From contig JAXLUA010000001.1 of the NCBI GenBank assembly GCA_046329805.1, positions 86,542-150,541 of the forward strand: a DNA stretch of 64,000 nucleotides. The letters run 5' to 3'. The notes beneath the pieces are model-generated. The model worked only from the letters and a program-made list of their open reading frames with translations, did no database searches and was not told where the DNA came from. The DNA is from Chitinophagales bacterium (GTDB lineage: Bacteria > Bacteroidota > Bacteroidia > Chitinophagales > JADIYW01). A program made the position numbers and the translations under genes. Positions 40,426 to 48,997 of this stretch are shown piece after piece. Position 1 is the first letter of the stretch, and every line of letters starts with the position of its first letter.

Positions 40426-41592
40426 CTAATCCGATGCTCTCAGTTGTATTCTAAACGTTGTTCCTTTGGGTGAAGATTCTTTTACAAATATTTTTCCATG
40501 ATGATATTCTTCTATAATACGCCGAGCTAACGTCAACCCTAATCCCCAGCCTCGTTTTTTGGTGCTAAACCCGGGTTCAAAAATTTGTTCTAAATTATTT
40601 TTAGAAATACCTTTACCCGTATCCGAAATATCTATATAGATAAAGCCTTCTTTTTGAAAAGCATATACATGAATTTCACCTCTATCGTCCATTGCATCTA
40701 ACGCATTTTTCATAATATTTTCCAACACCCACTCAAACAATGGCGGATTTAGTTGAGCAAACAAGTTTATATCTGTATCTTTCAACAAGAAAATATGAAT
40801 CTTCTTTGATGCTCGCTTAGAGATATAATCTACTCCATTTTGGAGCACATCCACCACACGATGTTTAGTTAATTCGGGAACCGACCCTATTTTGGAAAAA
40901 CGCTCTGCTATTAATACTAACCTGTCTATATCTTTCTGCATTTCATCAAACATTGAAGCATCCTCTTCAGAATTTAGTTTCTCGCGCAAAATATCAATCC
41001 ATGCGGTAAGGGAAGATAGTGGAGTGCCCAACTGATGTGCTGTTTCCTTAGCCAACCCCACCCATACTTGGTTTTGCTCTGCCCTGCGTGCCGATGTGAA
41101 GGCTGTATAGCTGATTAAAAAAAACAAAGCCACCAATGCTAATACATAAAATGGATACTTGCGGATACTCACCAATAAATACGAATCTTTATAATATAGA
41201 TATTGCACTTCATTGCCCGGCAACTCTATCGGAATAAATTGTTGGTCTGCTTTTAATGCTTTTAGTTGTGCCGATAAATATTGTTTATCCTTTTTAATAC
41301 GAATGGAATCGAAATTTTTTTCAGCTAAAATTTCATCTTGTGCATTTGCCCAAATAACGGGGATAGTAGAATTGAGTTTAATTTTATCCAATGCTTTAGA
41401 CAGTTCTAATTCATCGGAGCTATTGCTATTTAATACCTTATACGCATCTGCAATTTCTGTAGCTTTTTTAATTTCTTCTTGTGCAATTGATTTTGCCAAT
41501 TGGTGCGTGTACCACAAGGTGAAAAAGACAATACTTACTGCAAAAATGGACAGCAGTATTTTCCATCTATTACGTTTTTGGAGGATATTCAC
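40426..41592 (-). CDS. sensor histidine kinase
   Basis: Two TM helices flank a periplasmic segment. H-box ETAHQLGTPLSSL. N/G boxes MKNALDA, DTGKGI and GWGLGL. Confidence 0.85.
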   Translation of the reverse strand: MNILQKRNRWKILLSIFAVSIVFFTLWYTHQLAKSIAQEEIKKATEIADAYKVLNSNSSDELELSKALDKIKLNSTIPVIWANAQDEILAEKNFDSIRIKKDKQYLSAQLKALKADQQFIPIELPGNEVQYLYYKDSYLLVSIRKYPFYVLALVALFFLISYTAFTSARRAEQNQVWVGLAKETAHQLGTPLSSLTAWIDILREKLNSEEDASMFDEMQKDIDRLVLIAERFSKIGSVPELTKHRVVDVLQNGVDYISKRASKKIHIFLLKDTDINLFAQLNPPLFEWVLENIMKNALDAMDDRGEIHVYAFQKEGFIYIDISDTGKGISKNNLEQIFEPGFSTKKRGWGLGLTLARRIIEEYHHGKIFVKESSPKGTTFRIQLRASD

Positions 41593-41699
41593 TGATAATT
41601 CTAAAATTGCTTAATGTAAATATTACACATTTTTTTCAAAGTATGCTTGTTTAATAAAAAGTATTTTATATCTTTGCACTCGCTTTACAGAAATATTTC

Positions 41700-41761
41700 G
41701 GGCGCATAGCTCAGCTGGTTCAGAGCATCCCGATTTACAATCGGGAGGGGTCACGGTTGAA
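41700..41761 (+). pseudogene. 3'-truncated tRNA-Val(TAC)-like pseudogene
   Basis: The first 30 nt plus 8 nt of upstream sequence (41692-41729) are identical to the intact tRNA (41793-41830). A different but base-paired anticodon stem (TCCCGA/TCGGGA) retains the TTTACAA loop. Similarity is lost in the T-loop and there is no 3' acceptor strand. Confidence 0.6.
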
Positions 41762-41800
41762 TTGTTCTTTTTTTACTTTCCGAAATTATTTCAATATTTC

Positions 41801-41878
41801 GGGCGCATAGCTCAGCTGGTTCAGAGCATCTGCCTTACAAGCAGGGGGTCCGCGGTTCGAACCCGTGTGCGCCCACCA
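41801..41878 (+). tRNA. tRNA-Val (anticodon TAC), CCA encoded
   Basis: Cloverleaf read by hand. Acceptor GGGCGCA/TGCGCCC, D-arm GCTC...GAGC, anticodon stem TCTGC/GCAGG with loop CTTACAA, T-arm CGCGG-TTCGAAC-CCGTG, discriminator A, then CCA. Confidence 0.95.
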
Positions 41879-41885
41879 CATAATC

Positions 41886-41920
41886 AAGCACTTAGGTTAA
41901 AAACTAAGTGCTTTTTTATT
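41886..41920 (+). terminator. Rho-independent terminator after tRNA-Val
   Basis: aagcacttag (41886-41895) pairs with ctaagtgctt (41903-41912) and is followed by a T-run. Confidence 0.7.
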
Positions 41921-42007
41921 TTATTGCAAGTATTTCGCAAGTAAAAGACTGGTAGCCCATAGAGTCACTTATTAGATTTTACAATTATTTCGTATCTTTC
42001 TTCTACC

Positions 42008-42292
42008 ATGATAACTAATGAAATAATCTGCTTAGACAACCCTGCTTTTGAGAAATTAATAGACCGGGTGGTGTTGTACATTAAAGAAACACACGACTTA
42101 AAAGGGAAAGAGGAACTTTGGATTACACCAGAGGAAGCAAAAAAGAAATTAAACATTTCAAGTGACACCACATTGATGCATTTGAGAAATCAAGGAAAGA
42201 TTCGTTATACGCAACCAATGCGTAAACTTATCCTCTATGATCGACTTTCTATTGAAGAATATTTACAAGAAAACGCAAAAGATACCTTTTAA
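42008..42292 (+). CDS. excisionase-family helix-turn-helix DNA-binding protein
   Basis: 94 aa. The C-terminal half (WITPEEAKKKLNISSDTTLMHLRNQGKIRYTQPMRKLILYDRLSIEEYL) matches the HTH_17/excisionase-type pattern common at the ends of Bacteroidota mobile elements. Confidence 0.65.
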   Translation: MITNEIICLDNPAFEKLIDRVVLYIKETHDLKGKEELWITPEEAKKKLNISSDTTLMHLRNQGKIRYTQPMRKLILYDRLSIEEYLQENAKDTF

Positions 42293-42294
42293 TT

Positions 42295-42534
42295 ATGGAA
42301 CAGGAAATAAATGAAGACAGAGTAGCCAAAGGCTTTAATGATGGCTTTTTAATCAGTCAACACGATGCGGATTTGGCAAATGACCTCAAAGGAAAAATAC
42401 AACAATCTACCGATGAATATATAATCGGTTTTCAGAAAGGATTGGTTGAATTGGATAAAGAGAAGAAACTTACGGATGAGTTTAATAAAATTCGTGAGCA
42501 AGGAAATGAATTGGAAAAGGATATAGAGCGATAA
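42295..42534 (+). CDS. hypothetical small acidic protein
   Basis: 79-aa ORF that starts 3 nt after the HTH gene stop, which suggests translational coupling. No recognisable motif. Confidence 0.4.
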   Translation: MEQEINEDRVAKGFNDGFLISQHDADLANDLKGKIQQSTDEYIIGFQKGLVELDKEKKLTDEFNKIREQGNELEKDIER

Positions 42535-42597
42535 ATATATTTATAGATATTCATTATTAACTAAAATTACAATCTGTAAATATCTTTTTAATATCTC

Positions 42598-43983
42598 ATG
42601 CAACATTTAGACATTTTTGAATTTAATGAACATAAACCTTTTTTAAATAGGAGTTTTGATAAATTGTTAGATTCTTTGCAGTATGACATAGATTTTATAT
42701 CAGAAACAAAAGATATTAATGACGAGTCAGGGTATTGTGCTTTAATAAAAAAATTATATTATAGAAATAGAATTTCTGATTCAATTATTGTTTGTAAAAG
42801 GTGCTTAAGAGATTACAAGGATTCATATACAGCACATTTATATTTAGCAATGTGTTTCTGGGAATTTGAAGATCGTGAGAATGCTGCTTTGTTACTTGCA
42901 TTCGCATTACAGGCTAATACAAATACCGAAAATAAGATAATCTCTGATTTTATTAGGACAATCAAGATAGAACTTCCTGTATTTGATGCACTTGTGCCTG
43001 TTAAATCAGATATACAATTTACTTCTGTTGAAATTTCAGAAACATTTTTAATACATGGTTTCAAAAAGGAAAATAATGATGAAAGAGTGCGTCTATTTTA
43101 TCTTCTAATGGGTTGTGAACTAAATCCAAAGAATGCAGAAGCACTTATACAGTTGAGTTCTAGTTATATTAATAATTCTCAGTTTGTAGAAGCAATTCAT
43201 CCAATATTCAAGGCACTAGAAAATACAAATAATACTACAGCACATTCTAATTTATTTACATTACTTGGTATAATATACAAACTGTTTGATTTTACATTCT
43301 TTTCAAAGATATGTTTTAATCATTCGATAAAGTTAATACCGAATAATAAAATTGCACTACATCTTCTTAAAGATGAGGCTGATGATTTGTCTTCTATTGT
43401 AATGAAGACCAAAGATATTGTTTATTATAAATTTCTAAACCCTTATTTTTATTCAGGGCTATTGTTTTCTCAAAATTCAAGACTGGCAATTCAAACTGTC
43501 GCATACATTTTCAATTCTAATATTGAGCGGTATAATTTGAACATTATTACAACACTATCTGCCATATTAGAAAATGAATTTAAAGAGACAATCTTTAAAC
43601 ATATGATTGGTTGTACAACTGAATTTAATGAGAGAAAGTATAATAATTTACCTTTGCAAATTATAAGAGATTGCCTAACTAGAAATCCAAAGAATCTTCT
43701 TACGGGCAAAACAAAGATTAGATATAACAAAGAAATTGGATTACAAACTCATATTGCTAATTATTTTAATTGTCAAAGTAGTATGCTTGAAGAAATTGGA
43801 AATATTGTGCATACTATTATTCCTATAAGAAATAATGTTACTCATGGGACAGTTATAAAAACCAGAGATGTTTATATTTTTCTTGAATTTTCAAAGTTAC
43901 TACTACTTAGATTCAAGTTGCAAATGCAACTTTTTGCAGAATACAAAGTAAAGGTTAAAAAAATCAAAGCAGCAGACAAATAA
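42598..43983 (+). CDS. TPR + C-terminal HEPN-like domain protein (paralog 1), 3' end replaced by IS30 sequence
   Basis: Clear paralogy to 45958-47328 (IIVCKRCLRDY/LIVCRKCIQDF, NPYFY, NIITTLSAILENEFKE/NIVTTLSSIFETELKD). TPR-like segments are present (CELNPKNAEALIQLSSSY...). An Rx4H motif IRNNVTHG lies at 43828-43845. The last 24 codons (from 43909) are read from the IS30 left inverted repeat. Confidence 0.6.
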   Translation: MQHLDIFEFNEHKPFLNRSFDKLLDSLQYDIDFISETKDINDESGYCALIKKLYYRNRISDSIIVCKRCLRDYKDSYTAHLYLAMCFWEFEDRENAALLLAFALQANTNTENKIISDFIRTIKIELPVFDALVPVKSDIQFTSVEISETFLIHGFKKENNDERVRLFYLLMGCELNPKNAEALIQLSSSYINNSQFVEAIHPIFKALENTNNTTAHSNLFTLLGIIYKLFDFTFFSKICFNHSIKLIPNNKIALHLLKDEADDLSSIVMKTKDIVYYKFLNPYFYSGLLFSQNSRLAIQTVAYIFNSNIERYNLNIITTLSAILENEFKETIFKHMIGCTTEFNERKYNNLPLQIIRDCLTRNPKNLLTGKTKIRYNKEIGLQTHIANYFNCQSSMLEEIGNIVHTIIPIRNNVTHGTVIKTRDVYIFLEFSKLLLLRFKLQMQLFAEYKVKVKKIKAADK

Positions 43984-45025
43984 ATGTTCTACTGCTTTGA
44001 GAAGAAAGATAATCATTATTTTGTTCTGTACTAAAAGCGCATCATAATGGCACACCTAACTTCACAACAAAGATACACAATAGAACAACTTCTAAAAGCT
44101 AAAAAATCACAACAATATATTGCCGATATTATTGGCAAAGACAAAAGCGTAGTAAGTAGAGAAATCAAACGCAATAGCATGTACAATGGTATTTATAAAT
44201 CAGATAATGCACAATCTTATTATCTTTTTAACCGGGAAAAATCTAGGCGTAAAAGCAAATGGACACTTACATTACAGGAGGAAATCATAAAAACCCTAAA
44301 AGAAGATAAAAGCCCTGAGCAGGTAGTGGGTATTCGTAAAAAAAATAAACAAGACACCGTATCTGTTGAAAGTATTTACACCTTTATTTGGCAGGATAAA
44401 AAGAATGGTGGGAGTCTTTATACCCATTTGCGCAATGGAGCTAAAAGATACAGAAAACGAGGTAATTACAAGGACAATAGAGGTATTGTCAAAGACAAAG
44501 TGATGATTGTTGAACGACCAGAAATAGTAGCTAAAAAAGAACGAGTTGGGGATGTAGAAGTTGATTTAGTAATAGGCGCAAATCATCAACACGCACTACT
44601 TACTATTGTAGATAGAAGTACAGGATTTGCTTGGATAAGAAAACTAGAAAGTAAAAATGCAACAGCGGTAAGCACTCAAATTATTGATGCGCTAAGACCG
44701 CATAAGCACTGGATAAGAACCATTACCTCAGACAATGGAAAAGAATTTGCAAATCATAAAACAATAGCTACAGCCTTAGAAATAGATTATTATTTTGCCA
44801 ATCCATACCACAGTTGGGAAAGAGGTTGTAATGAAAACTACAACCGATTGGTAAGACAATATTTTCCTAAAAAATCAGACTTTACAATTATTACTAAACA
44901 ACAAGTTCAAGAGGTAGAAAACAAACTAAACCAAAGAGAACGAAAACGATTAGATTTTGAAAATCCAATCAACTATATTTACAAAAAATTATTAACCCAA
45001 AAAGTTGCATTTGCAACTTGAATCT
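43909..45025 (+). mobile_element. IS30-family insertion sequence (1117 bp)
   Basis: Perfect 28-bp terminal inverted repeats: agattcaagttgcaaatgcaactttttg at 43909-43936 is the reverse complement of 44998-45025. They enclose a single transposase ORF. Confidence 0.9.
44047..45021 (+). CDS. IS30-family DDE transposase
   Basis: N-terminal HTH (QQRYTIEQLLKAKKSQQYIADIIGKDKSVVSREIKRN). DDE region VDLVIG...TSDNGKEF...PYHSWERGCNENYNRLVRQYFPK. Confidence 0.9.
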   Translation: MAHLTSQQRYTIEQLLKAKKSQQYIADIIGKDKSVVSREIKRNSMYNGIYKSDNAQSYYLFNREKSRRKSKWTLTLQEEIIKTLKEDKSPEQVVGIRKKNKQDTVSVESIYTFIWQDKKNGGSLYTHLRNGAKRYRKRGNYKDNRGIVKDKVMIVERPEIVAKKERVGDVEVDLVIGANHQHALLTIVDRSTGFAWIRKLESKNATAVSTQIIDALRPHKHWIRTITSDNGKEFANHKTIATALEIDYYFANPYHSWERGCNENYNRLVRQYFPKKSDFTIITKQQVQEVENKLNQRERKRLDFENPINYIYKKLLTQKVAFAT

Positions 45026-45136
45026 TGCCTATATAAACTTACAAATTTGAGATTAACAAGAATTATAAATGAACCATCAGTATTAAAGTACTCATTTGAT
45101 GTTAGGGAGTATTATTTTAAAATAAGAATTGAATAA
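45026..45136 (+). pseudogene. displaced original 3' end (36 codons + stop) of TPR-HEPN paralog 1
   Basis: Joining 43908 to 45026 keeps the frame and yields ...KLLLLCLYKLTNLRLTRIINEPSVLKYSFDVREYYFKIRIE*. This aligns with the paralog 2 C-terminus (...LLTNLRVMK...YPFKIKIEII*). Confidence 0.75.
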
Positions 45137-45877
45137 TTATTCGAAATCATAAGGATCACCTAAAGATTCGAATTCACTTTCTCGCCATCTGTCTATATTT
45201 TCACGTTCTTTTTCGGACATTTCTTCGTACGATGGTCTTTTTTCACCAGTTGACTTCCAGACAGAACTATCACCGGTTGCAGTCTTCCAAGGGCTCTTAA
45301 AAACAATACCCTCATACTTTGTTAAAAGTAGTCTGTCTAATTTATATTTTGAATCAGCAATCACTTTATGACTTGCATCCATAGGTAAAATAGTGGTAGC
45401 AATTTCAAATCCTTCTTCATGTATTGATTCAGGATAATTAAAATTAGTACACGGAAAGCGCAGAGACGACCAATTTTGATAGCCATGATAAGCAATTTGA
45501 ATGGGATCATCATACACAACAAAAACCTTACCTGCAAGTTCCTTGTCTTCACTTATTCTGTCTAATAGTTTGACATAATTATTAAATGAAATCTCATGAG
45601 TCTCAAGCTTTGGGAGAAATTTGTCGGAAGTTATTTTGCTGTCTTGAAAACAATCTGCATATTGTTTTAACAGCCGATTGACCACAAAGTCATATTCTTC
45701 TTTATGTTGCTCTAAATATTTTTCCCTTAATACTCTTCTTTTGTTTTCTGCATTTAGGATACTTTCTTTAGGATTTGAAGAATCGTATGTTGGGAGTTTA
45801 TTGAATGGGTTTTGTTCCATATTTTTACATTGCCCCTTTACAAACTTATGGGTATTGCAATATTGACAGTGTAACAC
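45137..45877 (-). CDS. hypothetical protein (246 aa from GTG; 227 aa if ATG at 45820)
   Basis: Clean ORF. Possible N-terminal CxxC...C knuckle (HCQYCNTHKFVKGQC) if the GTG start is used. Acidic C-terminus. Its stop abuts the ancestral stop of paralog 1 with 0-bp spacing. Confidence 0.5.
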   Translation of the reverse strand: MLHCQYCNTHKFVKGQCKNMEQNPFNKLPTYDSSNPKESILNAENKRRVLREKYLEQHKEEYDFVVNRLLKQYADCFQDSKITSDKFLPKLETHEISFNNYVKLLDRISEDKELAGKVFVVYDDPIQIAYHGYQNWSSLRFPCTNFNYPESIHEEGFEIATTILPMDASHKVIADSKYKLDRLLLTKYEGIVFKSPWKTATGDSSVWKSTGEKRPSYEEMSEKERENIDRWRESEFESLGDPYDFE

Positions 45878-45957
45878 AGATATTATTGCAAGTAAACTAT
45901 TGTAGTGTGTATAGATATTTTAAACCAAATCATTATATTTACATTAAATAAATTATA

Positions 45958-47328
45958 ATGTCAGGTAAGCAACATTGGATTTCGGAACAATATTTGGAGT
46001 TGTCATTAACCCTTGAAAAGGATCATGAATTTAATAACATAATTATTCTACCCAATACGGAAGCAAAACTTATTCAATTAGCATTAAAATTAATTAACTG
46101 GAAACGAAAAGATGAAGCTTTAATTGTATGTAGAAAATGCATCCAAGACTTTCCAGAATGTGGCGAAGGTTACATTGTCACAGCTCAGATATTTTGGGAA
46201 TATAGAGATGAGAAAAGGGTTGTTTTTCTGCTTAAGTGTGCACTTGTTTGTATAGTATCAAATTCAAAAGAACCATCTATTTCGACAGAAGATCTATCAG
46301 ATGTTTTATCCTTATGGCCAGTTTCGTCAGAAATTGACAATACAGATATTGAACTTTCAGATACGTTTTCTTTATTAGGCGAACGTTATAATAATTTGAA
46401 ATATTATAGTGCCTCAACTATTTTTTTACGAGCAAGTTGTTTATTAGATAAATCAAACAGTTATTCGCATTCACGATTGGCTTATGCCTTACTTGAAGAT
46501 GATAAATTGATTGAAGCCATTCCTGTTATAAATGCTGGATTACTTTTAAATCCAAAAGACGATAAGTTATTGTCTTACTTAGGAATTGTATTTAAGACTT
46601 TCCATTATGAGCATTTTTCTTTTTTAGTTTTTATAAAGGCAGCATCCATTCAATTAAAAGATGAATCTATTCTGTTAAAAAAGAGAGAGCCTTCTGAAAT
46701 AGATACAATGTATGAACTCTTAAAAGATGACGTGCTCGAAAAATATTCAAACCCTTATTTTTATTTTCCAATCTTATCTTTAGAATCTTCACGTAAGTCC
46801 TTTGAGTCAGTAGCATATCTTTTAAACGCAAATAATTTAACGTATGCAATAAATATAGTTACTACACTATCTTCTATATTTGAAACAGAACTTAAAGATG
46901 TTTTATTTCAGTATTTTAAAAATGAAATCAACGCAACTGAAGGATTTAATTATGATAACCTTACAATGGGTACTATGCTAAGATTACTTCATCCACATCC
47001 TGAAAATTACATAACTTTAAAAGTGAAAACAAATAATCACAACAATGCTATATTACTAACACCGTTAATGAATTTTTATAAATGTAATAAAAATCAGATT
47101 ACTGAAATTGCAAATATAATCCAGACAATAATAGATATCAGAAACAACATTACACATGGTCAGATGATAAATGAAATAGAATTACAACAGTTTACTTCAT
47201 TTGTCAAATTAGCATTTATTTTACTTACAAATTTACGTGTGATGAAAACTACAGGAATTTTTTCAGAAATAAAGTTTGCAGTTAATAATAACTCATATCC
47301 ATTTAAAATAAAAATAGAGATTATATAA
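45958..47328 (+). CDS. TPR + C-terminal HEPN-like domain protein (paralog 2, intact)
   Basis: 456 aa. TPR-like segments (LLLNPKDDKLLSYLGIVFKTF...). The C-terminal ~190 aa carry a conserved acidic helix (SSIFETELKD) and the Rx4H motif IRNNITHG at 47140-47157. Confidence 0.6.
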   Translation: MSGKQHWISEQYLELSLTLEKDHEFNNIIILPNTEAKLIQLALKLINWKRKDEALIVCRKCIQDFPECGEGYIVTAQIFWEYRDEKRVVFLLKCALVCIVSNSKEPSISTEDLSDVLSLWPVSSEIDNTDIELSDTFSLLGERYNNLKYYSASTIFLRASCLLDKSNSYSHSRLAYALLEDDKLIEAIPVINAGLLLNPKDDKLLSYLGIVFKTFHYEHFSFLVFIKAASIQLKDESILLKKREPSEIDTMYELLKDDVLEKYSNPYFYFPILSLESSRKSFESVAYLLNANNLTYAINIVTTLSSIFETELKDVLFQYFKNEINATEGFNYDNLTMGTMLRLLHPHPENYITLKVKTNNHNNAILLTPLMNFYKCNKNQITEIANIIQTIIDIRNNITHGQMINEIELQQFTSFVKLAFILLTNLRVMKTTGIFSEIKFAVNNNSYPFKIKIEII

Positions 47329-47347
47329 ATAGTCTATCAGGGGGTTA

Positions 47348-48793
47348 CTATTTTATGTTGTAATTTTTCAATTTACTCTTCAATGTATTTGCAGTAATAC
47401 CTAAAACAATTCTGGTTCTTTCTAAATTCTTATTACACATTTCATATACATACCTACAATGCCGAAGTTCAATATCTTTTAGTAATAACGAATGTTCTTT
47501 GCTTGGGTTAAGTATTCTATCAGGTAAATTTTCTAACAATACAGTATCGTGTGCTTCGGCAAAGATTCTATCTACCAAGTTTTCCATCTCTCTGATATTA
47601 CCCGGAAATAGATACTCTAATATACGTTTTTTTATATCAAGTCTTATTTTAGGCTCTTTTTTATTAAATTTTACCTTACTCTTTTGCCATAAGAAATTAA
47701 AGACTTCTTCTTTTTCTTTTAATGTATATTCTTTCAAAGAGGGAAGATATAAATCAGTAACAGCAAGACGATAATATAGATCAGGTCGGAACTCTTTTTT
47801 GTTGCACATATCATATAGGTTTCTGTTAGTTGCAGAAATAACACGTACATCAACAATCTCAGGCTTACGGCTACCAACACGTAAAATTTCCTTTTTCTGA
47901 GGTTGTAATGCTCTTAATAAGCATTGTTGCATATATGGAGTAATATCACCTATTTCATCTAAAAAGATCGTACCTCCATCTGCTTCGTGAAATAAGCCTG
48001 TAGTTCTTTCATTAGCACCTGTAAAAGCACCTTTCTCATAACCAAACAACCTACTTTCTAAGAGTTCATTGCTTAATGCAGAACAATTTATTGCAACAAA
48101 TGTACCTTTTGCACGAGGCGAATTATCATGAATATACTTAGCCAACAATTCTTTCCCTGATCCTGTTTCACCACCAATCAATACAGATACGCAATCGGCT
48201 TCTGCTATCTTCTTTGCCTTGTCGTAAGTCTTTTTGAGGGTTTGAGTAATGACTATATTCTGTTGTTTCTCATTTAAAGATTGTGGGGATTCTTGCCTGA
48301 TGATTAATGATGATGTATAGTCAGATTTTTCAAGTTCAATCCATACTTGCTCTGATTCTTTATTTTTACTATGCTCTGGTCTTCGCATTTGAAACAAGCG
48401 GGTTTTAAGACCAAGTGTTTGATGTGCGAGATACCACGCAACCTGCATCGTGGGAGTGCCAGGCGATACAAAAATATCAATGCTATGTTCTTTATTACTT
48501 AGTAATAAAGTATTCACTTTGGCACTAATTTCTTTAATATCTATGACATCATTTATTGACATTGCTCTCTCAATTATTTTATGTCCTTTATATTCCTTAC
48601 GCAAATAGGTTACCAAAAATTGATACTTAGTATCATCTGATGTGTTTTTCTTACTGCTTAACAGTAGATGATAGTCATAGTCTGTATAGAAGTGTTTATG
48701 TAATAAACTATTGGGTCCGTTAGGATTTTCAGCAGATTTATCTTTGATAAAATCATTTTCTGTCGCTACCCAAGAGATAAGAATTTTGCCCAT
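47348..48793 (-). CDS. RtcR-like sigma-54-dependent transcriptional activator (CARF-like N-domain + AAA+ + HTH)
   Basis: The central bEBP core shows Walker A GETGSGKE, the sigma-54 contact loop EKGAFTGA, Walker B IFLDEIG, and an R-finger region. A C-terminal HTH is present. The N-terminal ~150 aa ([13 protein letters not shown]..., [20 protein letters not shown]..., RLFQMRRPE) parallel the RtcR N-domain as I remember it (ITTGTHVAQICWFLLAE...RLIQSSPP). It is not a receiver, PAS or GAF domain. Confidence 0.8.
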   Translation of the reverse strand: MGKILISWVATENDFIKDKSAENPNGPNSLLHKHFYTDYDYHLLLSSKKNTSDDTKYQFLVTYLRKEYKGHKIIERAMSINDVIDIKEISAKVNTLLLSNKEHSIDIFVSPGTPTMQVAWYLAHQTLGLKTRLFQMRRPEHSKNKESEQVWIELEKSDYTSSLIIRQESPQSLNEKQQNIVITQTLKKTYDKAKKIAEADCVSVLIGGETGSGKELLAKYIHDNSPRAKGTFVAINCSALSNELLESRLFGYEKGAFTGANERTTGLFHEADGGTIFLDEIGDITPYMQQCLLRALQPQKKEILRVGSRKPEIVDVRVISATNRNLYDMCNKKEFRPDLYYRLAVTDLYLPSLKEYTLKEKEEVFNFLWQKSKVKFNKKEPKIRLDIKKRILEYLFPGNIREMENLVDRIFAEAHDTVLLENLPDRILNPSKEHSLLLKDIELRHCRYVYEMCNKNLERTRIVLGITANTLKSKLKNYNIK

Positions 48794-48900
48794 AACAAGA
48801 GAGTTTATTTCATATTAAATATAATCATTTTTTGATGTGCAGAATAAAAATTTGATTATTTCCTTTACACCAATTAGCATTTCATATACTGTTCTTCATT

Positions 48901-48916
48901 TGGCATTTTGGTTGCA
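48901..48916 (+). promoter_or_regulatory. sigma-54 (-24/-12) promoter, TGGCAT-N5-TTGCA
   Basis: tggcat tttgg ttgca read directly. GG lies at 48902-48903 and GC at 48914-48915, with exact GG-N10-GC spacing. It is 108 bp from, and divergent to, the bEBP start codon, and points toward 49466. Confidence 0.7.
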
Positions 48917-48997
48917 CAAGAGGTATAAAAGTTCTTTATAGTATTGACAATAAAAAATACCGAATACATCGTATTCGGCAAAATAAGTTTAACAATT

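Noticed and set aside
41762-41944. 60-aa plus-strand ORF spanning the tRNA-Val gene.
   Set aside because: It overlaps a well-folded tRNA and its terminator. Spurious.
48960-48978. Perfect 8-bp hairpin (ccgaatac/gtattcgg), considered as a terminator.
   Set aside because: No T-run follows on the plus strand. A T-run follows only on the minus strand, where there is no upstream gene to terminate. It is kept only as a possible leader structure (see the leader finding).
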